This document shows, one piece after another, positions 39,074 through 49,024 of a DNA stretch of 49,327 bases. This DNA is from Clostridia bacterium (GTDB lineage Bacteria; CBDUZB01; JAGLHV01). The stretch lies in NCBI GenBank assembly GCA_030637025.1, contig DAOVVV010000020.1, forward strand, positions 1-49,327. Reading direction: 5' to 3'. Position 1 is the stretch's first letter. Every line of letters begins with the position of its first letter. Below the pieces are notes generated by a model. It saw only the letters and a list, made by a program, of their open reading frames with translations, was not told the origin of the DNA and searched no databases. A program made the translations under genes and the position numbers.

Positions 39074-39199
39074 AAAGGTATTGCTAATTATTTAAGGGTA
39101 GTACGTTAATGAAGTTTGTACAGCTTATTTTATCTTTGACCAAAAAACAGGGAAAAAATATTTGTTTTTTATTTTTCTTGTGCTATAATTAAATATGTT

Positions 39200-39835
39200 G
39201 TAGGGGTGGCATGAACTTGTACTGAGCTTGTCGAATGTATGATGCTCGAAATGAACGGGTTGGATGAATCCAACCCCTACAAAAAAACGTTAAAGGGATG
39301 ACATTTATGACTCCCGAGATTTTGCCCAAAAGAAAAGACATACGTTTAAAGAATTATGATTATAAAAAGAATGGATACTATTTTGTTACCATTTGCACTC
39401 ACAACAAAAAACCACTCTGTTACCAATATGAGAACATCATTTCGCGTATTTTATATCTTTTACCTGTTCGTTTTCCTGGATTAGAGATAGATTATCAGGT
39501 TATCATGCCGACGCATATTCATGCAATTTTAATATTTGATGGAGTAAAGGTAGCTTTGGGAGAAGTTATTAGGACATTTAAAGCTTTAGTAAGTAAAGAA
39601 AGTAATAGAAAAAGAATTTGGCAAAGGGGTTATTATGAACATGTAATTCGAGGCGAAAGAGCTTTATTGAAGATTCGAGAGTATATTCAGAATAATCCAT
39701 TGATTGAAGATATCAATTTTAAGCAATTTTATTTGAACGGGTTGGATGAATCCAACCCCTACAAAAAACCAGACAAGATTTAAAGTGGTAGGGGTGGTAT
39801 GAACTTGTTCTGAGCTTTTTGAATGTATAACACCC
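39200..39835 (+). mobile_element. RAYT locus: REP-flanked Y1 HUH transposase
   Basis: REPs at 39200-39247, 39257-39280, 39739-39762 and 39788-39835 surround the transposase. Confidence 0.85.
39298..39783 (+). CDS. REP-associated tyrosine transposase (RAYT, IS200/IS605 TnpA family)
   Basis: R.IRL..YDY...G.YFVTICT, IMP.HIH (HUH), WQR.YYEHVIR, YI.NNP. Confidence 0.92.
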   Translation: MTFMTPEILPKRKDIRLKNYDYKKNGYYFVTICTHNKKPLCYQYENIISRILYLLPVRFPGLEIDYQVIMPTHIHAILIFDGVKVALGEVIRTFKALVSKESNRKRIWQRGYYEHVIRGERALLKIREYIQNNPLIEDINFKQFYLNGLDESNPYKKPDKI

Positions 39836-40017
39836 AAAAACACCCAAACAAAAAAAGCGAAGAAAAAAACAGTTGTTTTTTTACTTTCTTGTGCTATAAT
39901 TGGATGTATTGTAATTAATTTCAAGGTATTACTGGTAAAATAATTTATGGTTTTAAAATATGTGTGTGGATATTTTTAGATAATAAAAAAATAAAGAAAA
40001 AGATCAAGGAGGGGTGA

Positions 40018-42489
40018 ATGAAATTGAAAAAAGGGTTGAGTAGCATTTTGTTCTGTATTTGTTTTTTAGCTTTGGTGTCTCTTTTAGGTAAAGGGCTGAT
40101 TGGTTTTGTTTATGCGGAAAGTAATCAATCAAATCAGGTAAGAATTGATTGGAGCGAGTTTAAAAAACTATTAAAAATTGATGCCGACGAGATTAAACTG
40201 AGCTGGGATGAATTTAAAAGACTTATAGCTCAGACCGGAAGTGAAATAAAAGTGGAATATAACATCCAGAATGGTATGGTGGTCTTACAGCGTGAGCAAT
40301 TTAAAAAATTATTACAACAAATGAAACCGCCGTATACAAAGCCCTTGCAGCCTCCTGCTGATTATTTAATTACTAAAGCGGAATATTCCGGGATTATGGG
40401 AAAGAAAAGTACGACTTTTAAAGTTCGCTTCTTTTTAGAGATATTTAAAAAAGAAAGAAAAGCCTATCCCAAGATTCGTCTCCTGCCGCAGAAAGTAGCC
40501 TTAAAAGAAATTAAATTAAATGATAAACCGGCTCTGGTGATGAATGAAGGTGGTTGGTATGTGCTTACCACCCCTAAATCCGGACAGCATATAATTGATC
40601 TGGAATTTTCCGTTAAATCAGCTCTGGATAAGGGGCCTGATGTATTGAATCTTAATATTCCTCAAACTGCTATTACTTTGTTTAATCTGACTATACCGCT
40701 CAAAGAAGTTAAAGTAGAAGTTCCTCAGGCCAAGCAAATAACTATATCCAGGGTTGCCGCTCAGACCAAAGTTAAGGCGATACTTTCTACCACCAGTTAT
40801 GTCAATGTTAAGTTGCACCGGACCATTGTCGTAGAGAAAAAGAAAGGACCGGCTAAACTTTATGCGGAAACAATGAACCTGTTTTCTTTGGAAGATGATG
40901 CCTTACGGGTAAATACCCGGTTTAAATTGAATATTTTACAAAATACAATAGCTAAAGTTAAAGTATCTGTTCCCCATGGTTATAGTGTTCTTTATGTAAA
41001 AAATCAAAATTGGCAGGAAATTCGGGATTGGAGTACAAAAAAAGTAAAAGAAAAAGAAATTCTTACTGTGCCTTTTGAAAGTGAAAAAGAAGGAACGGTT
41101 GTTTTTAATGTAGTATCGGAGAAAATATTTACCGATGAGCAAAGTGAGCTTGAATTTAACGGGTTTGAGGTTTTGGATGCAATCAGGGAGACAGGTTATA
41201 TTGGGGCGGAAAAAAAGAGCACTGCTGAGGCGGAAATTGTTAAAGTAGATAATATCGATCGGGTTGATATTCAGGAATTACCTTATGATTTAATTAATAT
41301 GTCGGCAAAGCCTCTTATTTTTGGTTTTCGTTATTTAAGGCATCCTTTCCTTTTGTCTTTGAAAGTTATTAAACACGAAGAACTTCCTACGGTAAATACA
41401 GTAATTGATAATGCCAGCGTAATGTCGGTATTGTTAGAAGAAGGAAAGGTTATTACCAGGGTGGTTTATACGATGCGTAATACCTGGAAGCAGTTTCTCC
41501 AGTTAAAATTACCGGCGGAAGCGGAAATATGGAGCCTTTATGTTAACGGGAAAAGAGAACTTCCTTCCAAGACGAAAGAAGGGAAATTTATGATTCCTTT
41601 AATCCGTTCCAGAATAGAGGGGGAGAATATAACTTCTTTTGATGTGGAAATACTTTATTATCATAAAAATAAAAAATTTTGTATTGCCGGGTCAAAAAAA
41701 CTGCAATTTCCTATAGTAGACGTAGTAATGAGTAAAATGTTATGGTCTTGTTATTTTCCGATAGATTATAGCTTTCTTCATTTTGGCGGTGATGTAGAAA
41801 AAGAAAAACTTGCCAGTGGTATTCGTCCGCTGATAGGTAATAAGCGGGTGTTTACCTATAGATCGGTTAATGGTTATAACGAGGCATTGGAAGATTGGAA
41901 GAGGCAGGGGGGTAGACAACAGCGTAGTAGTAGCGGGAGACTTAAAAAAACACAGCAATTGTTACAAAGCGAATTCAGGATAAATAGCGATAATAACGGA
42001 TTTCTTAACCAACTGTCCCAGGAGATTAATTTTGCCGAAAATATTAAAAAAGAACAACAGCAGGGTGTTATTGCCCGGGGAGGGGGTGGTGTAGCCCTTT
42101 TAAAAATAGAAATGCCTACTTCCGGTCAAATTTACCGCTTTGCCAAAACCCTGATAGAAGGGGAGGAGCTATATTTAAGTTTTCAATATGTAAGAGGATG
42201 GGTGGGTATGGTTTTTAAATTTTTATTTCTTTTTCTTTTTGGTTATATCATTTATTTTATGCGTGTGGTGATTAGAAACAGATATATAAGAATTAAAAAT
42301 TGGTTTGCCTTGTATAAAGATTTCTGGGATAAACTTAAAACTCCTCAGGGAACACGAGTTTTACTTTGTATAGGAGCAGTGGCTTTTTTATTTATTTCGC
42401 GATTTCTTTTTGTGGTCTTTGTTTTGCTTTTTTTGGTTGCCTGGATAAAACCGGAGTGGATTTTCGGTAAAAAAGATCAAACTCCTTAA
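40018..42489 (+). CDS. Large exported beta-rich protein with C-terminal TM helices, function unknown (paralog 1)
   Basis: Signal peptide ending VYA, GGAGG RBS, C-terminal hydrophobic segments, end-to-end similarity with 42952-45894. Confidence 0.85.
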   Translation: MKLKKGLSSILFCICFLALVSLLGKGLIGFVYAESNQSNQVRIDWSEFKKLLKIDADEIKLSWDEFKRLIAQTGSEIKVEYNIQNGMVVLQREQFKKLLQQMKPPYTKPLQPPADYLITKAEYSGIMGKKSTTFKVRFFLEIFKKERKAYPKIRLLPQKVALKEIKLNDKPALVMNEGGWYVLTTPKSGQHIIDLEFSVKSALDKGPDVLNLNIPQTAITLFNLTIPLKEVKVEVPQAKQITISRVAAQTKVKAILSTTSYVNVKLHRTIVVEKKKGPAKLYAETMNLFSLEDDALRVNTRFKLNILQNTIAKVKVSVPHGYSVLYVKNQNWQEIRDWSTKKVKEKEILTVPFESEKEGTVVFNVVSEKIFTDEQSELEFNGFEVLDAIRETGYIGAEKKSTAEAEIVKVDNIDRVDIQELPYDLINMSAKPLIFGFRYLRHPFLLSLKVIKHEELPTVNTVIDNASVMSVLLEEGKVITRVVYTMRNTWKQFLQLKLPAEAEIWSLYVNGKRELPSKTKEGKFMIPLIRSRIEGENITSFDVEILYYHKNKKFCIAGSKKLQFPIVDVVMSKMLWSCYFPIDYSFLHFGGDVEKEKLASGIRPLIGNKRVFTYRSVNGYNEALEDWKRQGGRQQRSSSGRLKKTQQLLQSEFRINSDNNGFLNQLSQEINFAENIKKEQQQGVIARGGGGVALLKIEMPTSGQIYRFAKTLIEGEELYLSFQYVRGWVGMVFKFLFLFLFGYIIYFMRVVIRNRYIRIKNWFALYKDFWDKLKTPQGTRVLLCIGAVAFLFISRFLFVVFVLLFLVAWIKPEWIFGKKDQTP

Positions 42490-42618
42490 TCAATGTTATT
42501 AAATATAAAATTTACTAAATCGTTCAAAAATATTTTGTCTTTATTTTATTTAAATCAACGAGACTTAGAGCTTTTCAGGGAGTCGAAGGGTCTCGGGTCT
42601 AATTTCCGCAGCTTGCTG

Positions 42619-42822
42619 TGTCATTTTCGCGGGCAGACTGTGTTACAATTGTTTTTTTATGTCATCTTCGGGCTTGACCCGGAGATCCAGTAAAATATTA
42701 TCGTCGGAAAATGGATTCCCGATAAAAGATTTCGGGAATGACAAAGCCAAAAACGGCAATTGTGATACATTCTGGAAAACGGTAATTTACAGGAATAGAC
42801 TTTTGCTTTCGCAGGAGTGACA
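42619..42822. repeat. GTCAT..ATCCA / TGGAT..ATGAC palindromic REP-like repeats
   Basis: GTCATCTTCGGGCTTGACCCGGAGATCCAG (42661-42690), TGGATTCCCGATAAAAGATTTCGGGAATGAC (42712-42742), degenerate copies near 42620 and 42796-42822. Confidence 0.7.
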
Positions 42823-42951
42823 TTGATTGATATCCCGCAACTTATTGTGGGGAGGTTCATTTTTTTTAATAGGAATAGGTAAAAAATATCTAAAAAATCG
42901 TTCAAAAAGGACGTTACAGCAAATTGTAACGTCGTAAGGAGGTCTAACAGG

Positions 42952-45894
42952 GTGAAACGAGAAAAAATCAAGAAATATATTCGTATAGGATGTAGTTGTT
43001 TGTGTTTAATAACTGTTTTGTTCAGTGTCGTATTGGCAGAAAACAATGAAGAAAAAAAATCAAATAGTATTCTTTTGGATTGGGAGGAATTTCGTAAGAT
43101 TTTAAAATTGGATAGTGATGAGGTTAAGCTTTCTTGGGATGAATATAGGAGTCTTTTGGCTCAAACCGGTTTTAAAGCAAAAGATAAATACCGAATAGAA
43201 GGTGGACAGGTTATTTTAAGTAGAAAACAATTTAAAACCTTGTTGGAACAAATGCAGCCGCCTAAAAAAAGTGAACTCATTCCTCCGGGTGATTATTTAA
43301 TAAGTAAAGGGGTTTATAAGGGAGTAGTGGGTAAAAAAAGCACTCAATTTGAAGCACGGCTGGATTTAGAAATTTTTAAAAAGCAAAAAAACACTTATTC
43401 TAAAATACCATTATTCAGAGAAGAATTAGCCATAGAAGATGTTCGGATTAATCAAAAACCTGCTTCCATTATTACTCAGAACGGATGGCATTATTTAAGT
43501 ACGGAAAAAACCGGAAAACAGCTGGTAGTAGTAAAATTTTCAGTTAAATCTTCTATGGATAAAGGAACTCCCGGATTAGGTTTTAATATTCCTTCTACAT
43601 CGATAACTAAGGTTGTTTTAAATATTCCTAAAAGAAATATAGAGGTAAATATTACCAATGCCCATGAAATAAAAATTACCCAAAAAGATAAGTACACTAA
43701 AGTAGAGGGGTATCTTATTCCTGCTTCGTATATGCATATTTCCTGGAAAAAGAAATTAGAGGAAAAATTCCGTGGTCCGGCAAAAATTTATGCTGAACTT
43801 TTTAATCTTCTTTCCATTGAAGCGGATGCCATCAGAGTGGTTTCACAGGTAAAGCTGAATATCGTTCAGAATAAAATTAGCGGAATAACTTTAGTAGTTC
43901 CTTCCGGTTATCAAATTTTGGAGGTAACCGGCCAGGGAAAGAATATGTGGAGCGTAAGAGAAGAAAAGGGAGAGCAATTTCTGGAGGTTCCTTTTGAATA
44001 TCCGGCTGAAGGTCAGAAGTATTTAACTATCAAGGCGGAAAAAATATTGCCGGAAGAAACAATGGTTGCTGATTTTACCGGATTTAAAGTGCTCAAGGTA
44101 AAAAGAGAATTTGGTTTTATTGCCGGTGAAATAAAAAGTGATGCCGAAGCCAAGGTACAGGAGTTTGAAGGTTTAGATAGAATTGATTTTGGGAAAATAC
44201 CGGCACAACTTAGCGGGCTTTCTTCCCGTCCCGTACTTTTTGCCTTTAAATATATTCGTCATCCCTATAATATTGTGGTTGATATTACTAAATACGAAAA
44301 AGAAGAGGCTTTGAGTGTTATTATCGATAAGGCAAATGGAATAACCCTTTTTAAAGAAGAGGGAAAACTGGTGCATTTATTAACCTTTTCTATGCGTAAC
44401 CTGTGGAATCAGTTTTTAAAGCTGGATTTACCGCAAGACGCCAGTATCTGGAGCGTATATGTAGACGGAAAAAGAGAGAAGGCATCTAAAGACAGCAGCG
44501 GTAAGATTTTAATTCCTTTAGTGCGTTCTCAAAGAGAAAACAGGGATAGCGGTTTAAGGCCTTTTAAGGTAGAGCTTATTTATACCCAGCCGGCTGGGAA
44601 ATTCTTTATTTTAGGCAGTAAAAAAAGTATTTTTCCGGCGACGGATGTGTTGATCAATAGTTTAGAATGGAATTTTTACCTGCCGGTAAATTATAAGTAT
44701 GTTTATTTTGGGGGAAATTTAGAAAAGGAAAAGATTATTAAACAGCGGAAGCCTTTATGGCGTACAATGTCTAAGACGGTCTTAGGGGGGATAGCAGAGA
44801 CTTCTGTTTCTGGGACGTATGCACCGTTAGAAAAGAAAAAGCTAAAGGAAATTCATAAATATGGCGAAAAGAGTAAGGATGAAAAAGAATTAACACTGCG
44901 AGAACAGAGAAAACCTGTATGTTCGGATAAATTAATCAGGTCTTTAGAGGGTAAAGAGGCCGAAGAAGAAGTCGGTGATTTTTATACTGATGATTCAAGA
45001 GAAGATATAGCAGGGGAATCTTTTTCCAGCCCGTCTTTGCAGATATCTGCATCTATGGAAAGGAGTAGGGATGTTTCTTTAGGATTAGCCGGATTGCTTT
45101 CGGTACGGATGAATATTCCCCTTTCTGGAAAAAATTATCTTTTTTCTAAAAAGATTGTAGAGCAAGAGGATCTTTTACATTTAAATTTAGTTTATGTTAA
45201 CGAATGGATTATTAACGGACTTATTATTATTCTTGCTTTAATATTTTTGTGTATTCTTCTTAAGAAAAGAAATATTTTTTTCAAGCCTTTTATTGCTTTA
45301 GCAAAAAGTCTGGCTAAAATTTTTCCCCGGGTAAAAAAATATGGGCAGCCTAAATGGTTACCCGTGGTTATTTTAGTTGTCCTGCTAATAACCAAACTTC
45401 TGGATAAATTATTTTATCTATATAATTATTTCCCCATGCTTCCTGTATTACTAATCCTTATTTTTGTTCTATCGTTAATAGGTTTGTTTAAAAAACAATT
45501 AATTACCGTTATAAAATTTTTATGCCGTCCATTAGTTTCTTTATTAATAATTTCCGCCTGGATTTTCTTTCTGATGGGTAGTCGTTTGTTTTTTGCCTAT
45601 TTTCCTTTGTCTATACTGCTTATCATCGGGTTTATTACATCAATAATAAGATTACTTATTGGTTTTTCCAGGGAGAGGAAAACTTATTCTAAATCTGCCT
45701 TATTAATAAGTTTTATATTCTTTATCCTTTGCATAGTTGTGCGTTCGTTTGTACCGTATTCTCCTTTGTCTAACTTATTTTTTATTGGATTTATAATATC
45801 AACAATATTTTTAATAATTAGTTTTTTTAGAAAAAGAAAAGCGATAAAAGAAGTAAAAGATAAAATAATAAATGAAGAAAGAGAAGAAAAATAA
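42952..45894 (+). CDS. Large exported beta-rich protein with multi-TM C-terminus (paralog 2)
   Basis: GTG start after AAGGAGG, signal peptide ending VLA. Shares DW.EF.K.LK.D.DE.KLSWDE...L.AQTG, PP.DYLI.K..Y.G, MRN.W.QFL.L.LP and YFGG with paralog 1. Confidence 0.85.
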   Translation: MKREKIKKYIRIGCSCLCLITVLFSVVLAENNEEKKSNSILLDWEEFRKILKLDSDEVKLSWDEYRSLLAQTGFKAKDKYRIEGGQVILSRKQFKTLLEQMQPPKKSELIPPGDYLISKGVYKGVVGKKSTQFEARLDLEIFKKQKNTYSKIPLFREELAIEDVRINQKPASIITQNGWHYLSTEKTGKQLVVVKFSVKSSMDKGTPGLGFNIPSTSITKVVLNIPKRNIEVNITNAHEIKITQKDKYTKVEGYLIPASYMHISWKKKLEEKFRGPAKIYAELFNLLSIEADAIRVVSQVKLNIVQNKISGITLVVPSGYQILEVTGQGKNMWSVREEKGEQFLEVPFEYPAEGQKYLTIKAEKILPEETMVADFTGFKVLKVKREFGFIAGEIKSDAEAKVQEFEGLDRIDFGKIPAQLSGLSSRPVLFAFKYIRHPYNIVVDITKYEKEEALSVIIDKANGITLFKEEGKLVHLLTFSMRNLWNQFLKLDLPQDASIWSVYVDGKREKASKDSSGKILIPLVRSQRENRDSGLRPFKVELIYTQPAGKFFILGSKKSIFPATDVLINSLEWNFYLPVNYKYVYFGGNLEKEKIIKQRKPLWRTMSKTVLGGIAETSVSGTYAPLEKKKLKEIHKYGEKSKDEKELTLREQRKPVCSDKLIRSLEGKEAEEEVGDFYTDDSREDIAGESFSSPSLQISASMERSRDVSLGLAGLLSVRMNIPLSGKNYLFSKKIVEQEDLLHLNLVYVNEWIINGLIIILALIFLCILLKKRNIFFKPFIALAKSLAKIFPRVKKYGQPKWLPVVILVVLLITKLLDKLFYLYNYFPMLPVLLILIFVLSLIGLFKKQLITVIKFLCRPLVSLLIISAWIFFLMGSRLFFAYFPLSILLIIGFITSIIRLLIGFSRERKTYSKSALLISFIFFILCIVVRSFVPYSPLSNLFFIGFIISTIFLIISFFRKRKAIKEVKDKIINEEREEK

Positions 45895-45895
45895 A

Positions 45896-48220
45896 ATGGA
45901 AAGAAAAATGTTAAAATTGCGATTTTTTTCTTTGATTGTGTTTTTTCTGTTTTGTGGGTATTCTGCTGGTTATAGTAAAACTCAGATTTCCGTAGAAGCT
46001 ATTAAAAACAATCGGGTTTCAGAAGTCGAAGAGGCAATAGGGAAAGGGGCAGATGTTAATGCAAGGGATTTTTACGGTCATACTGCATTAATAAGGGCGG
46101 CTGAATATGATTCTTTAGAGGCGGCTATGTTATTGATAGAAAAAGGGGCAGATATCAATGTAAAGAATACTTATGACCGTACACCATTAATGTGTGCAGC
46201 TATGAATAATTCTTTAAAAGTGGCCAGGTTATTGATAGAGAAGGGAGCAAAAGTTAATATAAGGAATAAAAATTACTATACAGCATTGTTGTTTGCAGTT
46301 AATAAAAATTATTTACAAGTAGCAAGGTTACTCATAGAAAAATGGGCAGATGTCAACTTAAAGTACTCCTCTAAAGAAACCGTATTGATAGTAGCAGCCA
46401 AGAAAAATTATTTAGAAATAGCACAATTACTGATAGAGGAAGGGGCAGATGTTAATACTAAAAACACAGATGGCAAAACAGCCTTGGATTGCATTGAAGA
46501 AAGAAAAGGTTATAACAAAATGAAAACTTTGCTTAAAAAACACGGAGGGACTAGTTTTTATAAAGTTTTTCAGGAAGGTATTAAAAACAATCAGGTTTCA
46601 GAAGTTAGAAAAGCAATAGAGAAGGGGGTTAATATTAATGTAAGGGATTTTTACGGCCATACTGCATTAATGAAAGCAGCCGGATATGATTCGTTACAAG
46701 TGGCAGAATTACTTATACAAGATGGGGTGAATGTTAATATAAAGGATTATTCTGGTTGGACGGCATTGTTTTTTGCTGCTAGTAAAAATTCCTTAAAAAT
46801 AGCAACATTACTAATAGTCAACGGAGTGGATGTTAATGTAAAAAGTCGTTATAGCAAAACAACTTTGATGTTTGTCGATGAAAATAATTCTTTGGAAGTA
46901 GCAAAGTCACCAGAGAAAGGGGTAAATATCAACACGGAAAAATGGAGAAGTCAGACAACAGCATTGATGGTGGCAGCCAAGAAAAATTCTTTGGAAGTAG
47001 CAAAGTTACTGATAGAAAAAGGAGCAAATTTAGAGGTAAAAGACAAAGGTAACTGGACAGCATTAATGTGGGCAGCTAAAAATAATTCTTTAAAAATAGC
47101 AAAATTACTCATTGAAAAAGGTGTAAATATTAATGCACGAGACAACTATAGTAAAACAGCTTTAGACTATGTTGAAATGGGAAAGGATTATAACAAAATG
47201 AGAACTTTGCTTAAAAAACACGGAGGAACTAGTTTTGCTATTTTTTATGAAGCTATTAAAAACAATCGAGTTTCAGAGGTTAAAGTTGCAATAGATAAAG
47301 GAACAACGGTTACTTCCACAGCATTAATTATAGTGGCGGAAAATAATTCTTTGAAAGCAGCAAAGTTGCTAATAGGGAAAAAAACAGATATTAATGCAAA
47401 AGATAATGGTGGTCGGACAGCATTAATAGTGGCAGCTGAAAACAACTCTTTAGAGGTAGCAGAATTACTGATACAAAATGGGGCTAATGTTAATATAAGG
47501 GATAATTTTTACCAGACAGCATTAATGAAAGCGGCTGAAAATAATTCTTTAAAAGTAGCAGAATTACTGATACAAAATGGGGCGAATGTTAATACAGGTA
47601 ATGCTATCCAAACAGCATTAACAAAAGCGGCTGAAAATAATTCTTTAAAAGTAGCAGAATTACTCATAAAGAAAGGAGCGAATGTTAATATGATGAGTAA
47701 TGGGGAGGGTTCTTCTGGTTGGACAGCATTAATGAGAGCAGCTATAAATAATTCTTTAGAAGTAGCAAAATTACTCATAGAGAAAGGAGCGGATGTTAAT
47801 GCAGAAAATTGTGAGAAGAAAACAGTGCTAATGTTTGCAGCTGACAATAATTCTTTAAAAGTAGCAAAATTGCTAATAGCAAAAGGAGCGGATATTAATG
47901 CAGTAAATTATGATGAATATTGTGAAGGAAGTTTGGAGGGCAAAACAGCGTTAATGTTTGCTGCTGACAAAAATTCCTTAAAAGTAGCAAAATTACTAAT
48001 AGCGAAAGGAGCGGATATTAATGCAGTAAGTGAGAGGGGAAAAACAGTATTAATGTTTGCTGCTGAGAAAAACTCCTTAAAAGTAGCAAAATTATTACTA
48101 AAGAAAGGTGCAAATGTCAATACATTGGATATGGGTTATCGTAAGACAGCATTAAAATATGCAGAAGTTGAAAAACATTCTAAAATGATAACTTTACTTA
48201 AAAAATACGGAGCAAAATAA
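45896..48220 (+). CDS. Secreted ankyrin-repeat protein
   Basis: Roughly 20 TAL..AA..NSL.VA.LLI.KGA.VN units and an N-terminal signal peptide. Start is 45872, 45896 or 45908. Confidence 0.95.
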   Translation: MERKMLKLRFFSLIVFFLFCGYSAGYSKTQISVEAIKNNRVSEVEEAIGKGADVNARDFYGHTALIRAAEYDSLEAAMLLIEKGADINVKNTYDRTPLMCAAMNNSLKVARLLIEKGAKVNIRNKNYYTALLFAVNKNYLQVARLLIEKWADVNLKYSSKETVLIVAAKKNYLEIAQLLIEEGADVNTKNTDGKTALDCIEERKGYNKMKTLLKKHGGTSFYKVFQEGIKNNQVSEVRKAIEKGVNINVRDFYGHTALMKAAGYDSLQVAELLIQDGVNVNIKDYSGWTALFFAASKNSLKIATLLIVNGVDVNVKSRYSKTTLMFVDENNSLEVAKSPEKGVNINTEKWRSQTTALMVAAKKNSLEVAKLLIEKGANLEVKDKGNWTALMWAAKNNSLKIAKLLIEKGVNINARDNYSKTALDYVEMGKDYNKMRTLLKKHGGTSFAIFYEAIKNNRVSEVKVAIDKGTTVTSTALIIVAENNSLKAAKLLIGKKTDINAKDNGGRTALIVAAENNSLEVAELLIQNGANVNIRDNFYQTALMKAAENNSLKVAELLIQNGANVNTGNAIQTALTKAAENNSLKVAELLIKKGANVNMMSNGEGSSGWTALMRAAINNSLEVAKLLIEKGADVNAENCEKKTVLMFAADNNSLKVAKLLIAKGADINAVNYDEYCEGSLEGKTALMFAADKNSLKVAKLLIAKGADINAVSERGKTVLMFAAEKNSLKVAKLLLKKGANVNTLDMGYRKTALKYAEVEKHSKMITLLKKYGAK

Positions 48221-48258
48221 TTTTAGATTTTATTATGATTTCACAAATTTTTATTAAA

Positions 48259-48275
48259 TGGTGGAGGTGGCGGGA
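48259..48275 (-). ncRNA. ssrA: 3' terminal exon fragment of tmRNA
   Basis: Minus strand TCCCGCCACCTCCACCA gives the T-stem 3' strand, an acceptor strand with U at the G3.U alanyl position, discriminator A and CCA. The rest of the gene is not in the window. Confidence 0.75.
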
Positions 48276-48363
48276 CACATATTCTACTTGTTTCCAAATA
48301 GTGTGGACTATTTCTTCATCCCAGTCTGCCTAAGGCAGATTAAGGGAGACCGGCGTATTATAG
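48276..48363 (-). ncRNA. 3' half of a group I intron (P3'-P8-J8/7-P7'-P9.0-P9-omegaG)
   Basis: Minus strand: CTATAATACGCCGG, TCTCCC..GGGATGA (P8), AGAAATAGTCC (S element), CTATTTG-GAAA-CAAGTAG (P9 with GNRA loop), and ACA/TGT (P9.0) before a terminal G abutting the exon. Confidence 0.8.
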
Positions 48364-48578
48364 AAAGCATAAATCTATTGTTGTTTAAACGATATTATCT
48401 TCCATTCCCTTCGATTTGAAAGGGCTATTAATTCCTCAAGATTGCCTTTCCACTTCCGGTAGAACAACCAATCTCTTGACGATATTTTTATGAAAATATA
48501 TTTTTTAAAAAGAGTTTAAAAGAAGGACAATTTCCTGCGATTAAATAATCTAAAAGATTATTTCTAACCTGTTTTTTC

Positions 48579-48633
48579 TTGACATAAGTTACCAGATGTT
48601 ATATTATTATTATAGATTCATCTGGTAACTTAT
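48579..48633 (+). promoter_or_regulatory. sigma70 promoter overlapped by a 15-bp perfect inverted repeat operator
   Basis: TTGACA (48579)-N17-TATTAT (48602). ATAAGTTACCAGATG (48584-48598) pairs with CATCTGGTAACTTAT (48619-48633). Confidence 0.8.
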
Positions 48634-48721
48634 ATCGACAGTTGTTGGGATATTATTTTTTTTGGGTTACCAGTGGAATTGTATATGTTGTTGTTTTCTA
48701 TAGTAACTATTGGGGATTCAT

Positions 48722-49024
48722 ATGGAAATATTAAATAGTGTTCTTAAAGAAGAACTAAATCGGTTAAAAAAACTGAATGGACAGTATCTCAAACAAATAT
48801 CTAATCTTCCAAGAGGGAGTTTAATAAGAAAAAAAATAAAAGGTCATATATATTATTATCTCAGCTATTGGCACCAAAATAAAAGCGCTTTTAAATATGT
48901 AGGTAAATTATCTATAAAAGAACGTGAAAACCTGTTAGACAAAATAGATGAACGGAAAAAATATGAAAAGCTTAACAGACGAGTTAAAAAAGACATTAAA
49001 AAGCTTGAAAAAATGGTAAAATGA
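48722..49024 (+). CDS. Small basic putative antitoxin/DNA-binding protein (LP.GSL..K.I.G..YYYL..KYVG type)
   Basis: Motif seen in small genes paired with GSU2403-type nucleotidyltransferases. ATGA coupling to the next gene. ATG at 48722 is preferred over TTG at 48710. Confidence 0.65.
   Translation: MEILNSVLKEELNRLKKLNGQYLKQISNLPRGSLIRKKIKGHIYYYLSYWHQNKSAFKYVGKLSIKERENLLDKIDERKKYEKLNRRVKKDIKKLEKMVK

Noticed and set aside
42493..43046. Short ORFs on both strands between the paralogs
   Set aside because: They are translations of palindromic repeats or antisense overlap.
48364..48510. Possible homing endonuclease within the intron
   Set aside because: Only a short minus-strand frame (~45 codons) with no start and no LAGLIDADG, HNH or GIY-YIG motif.
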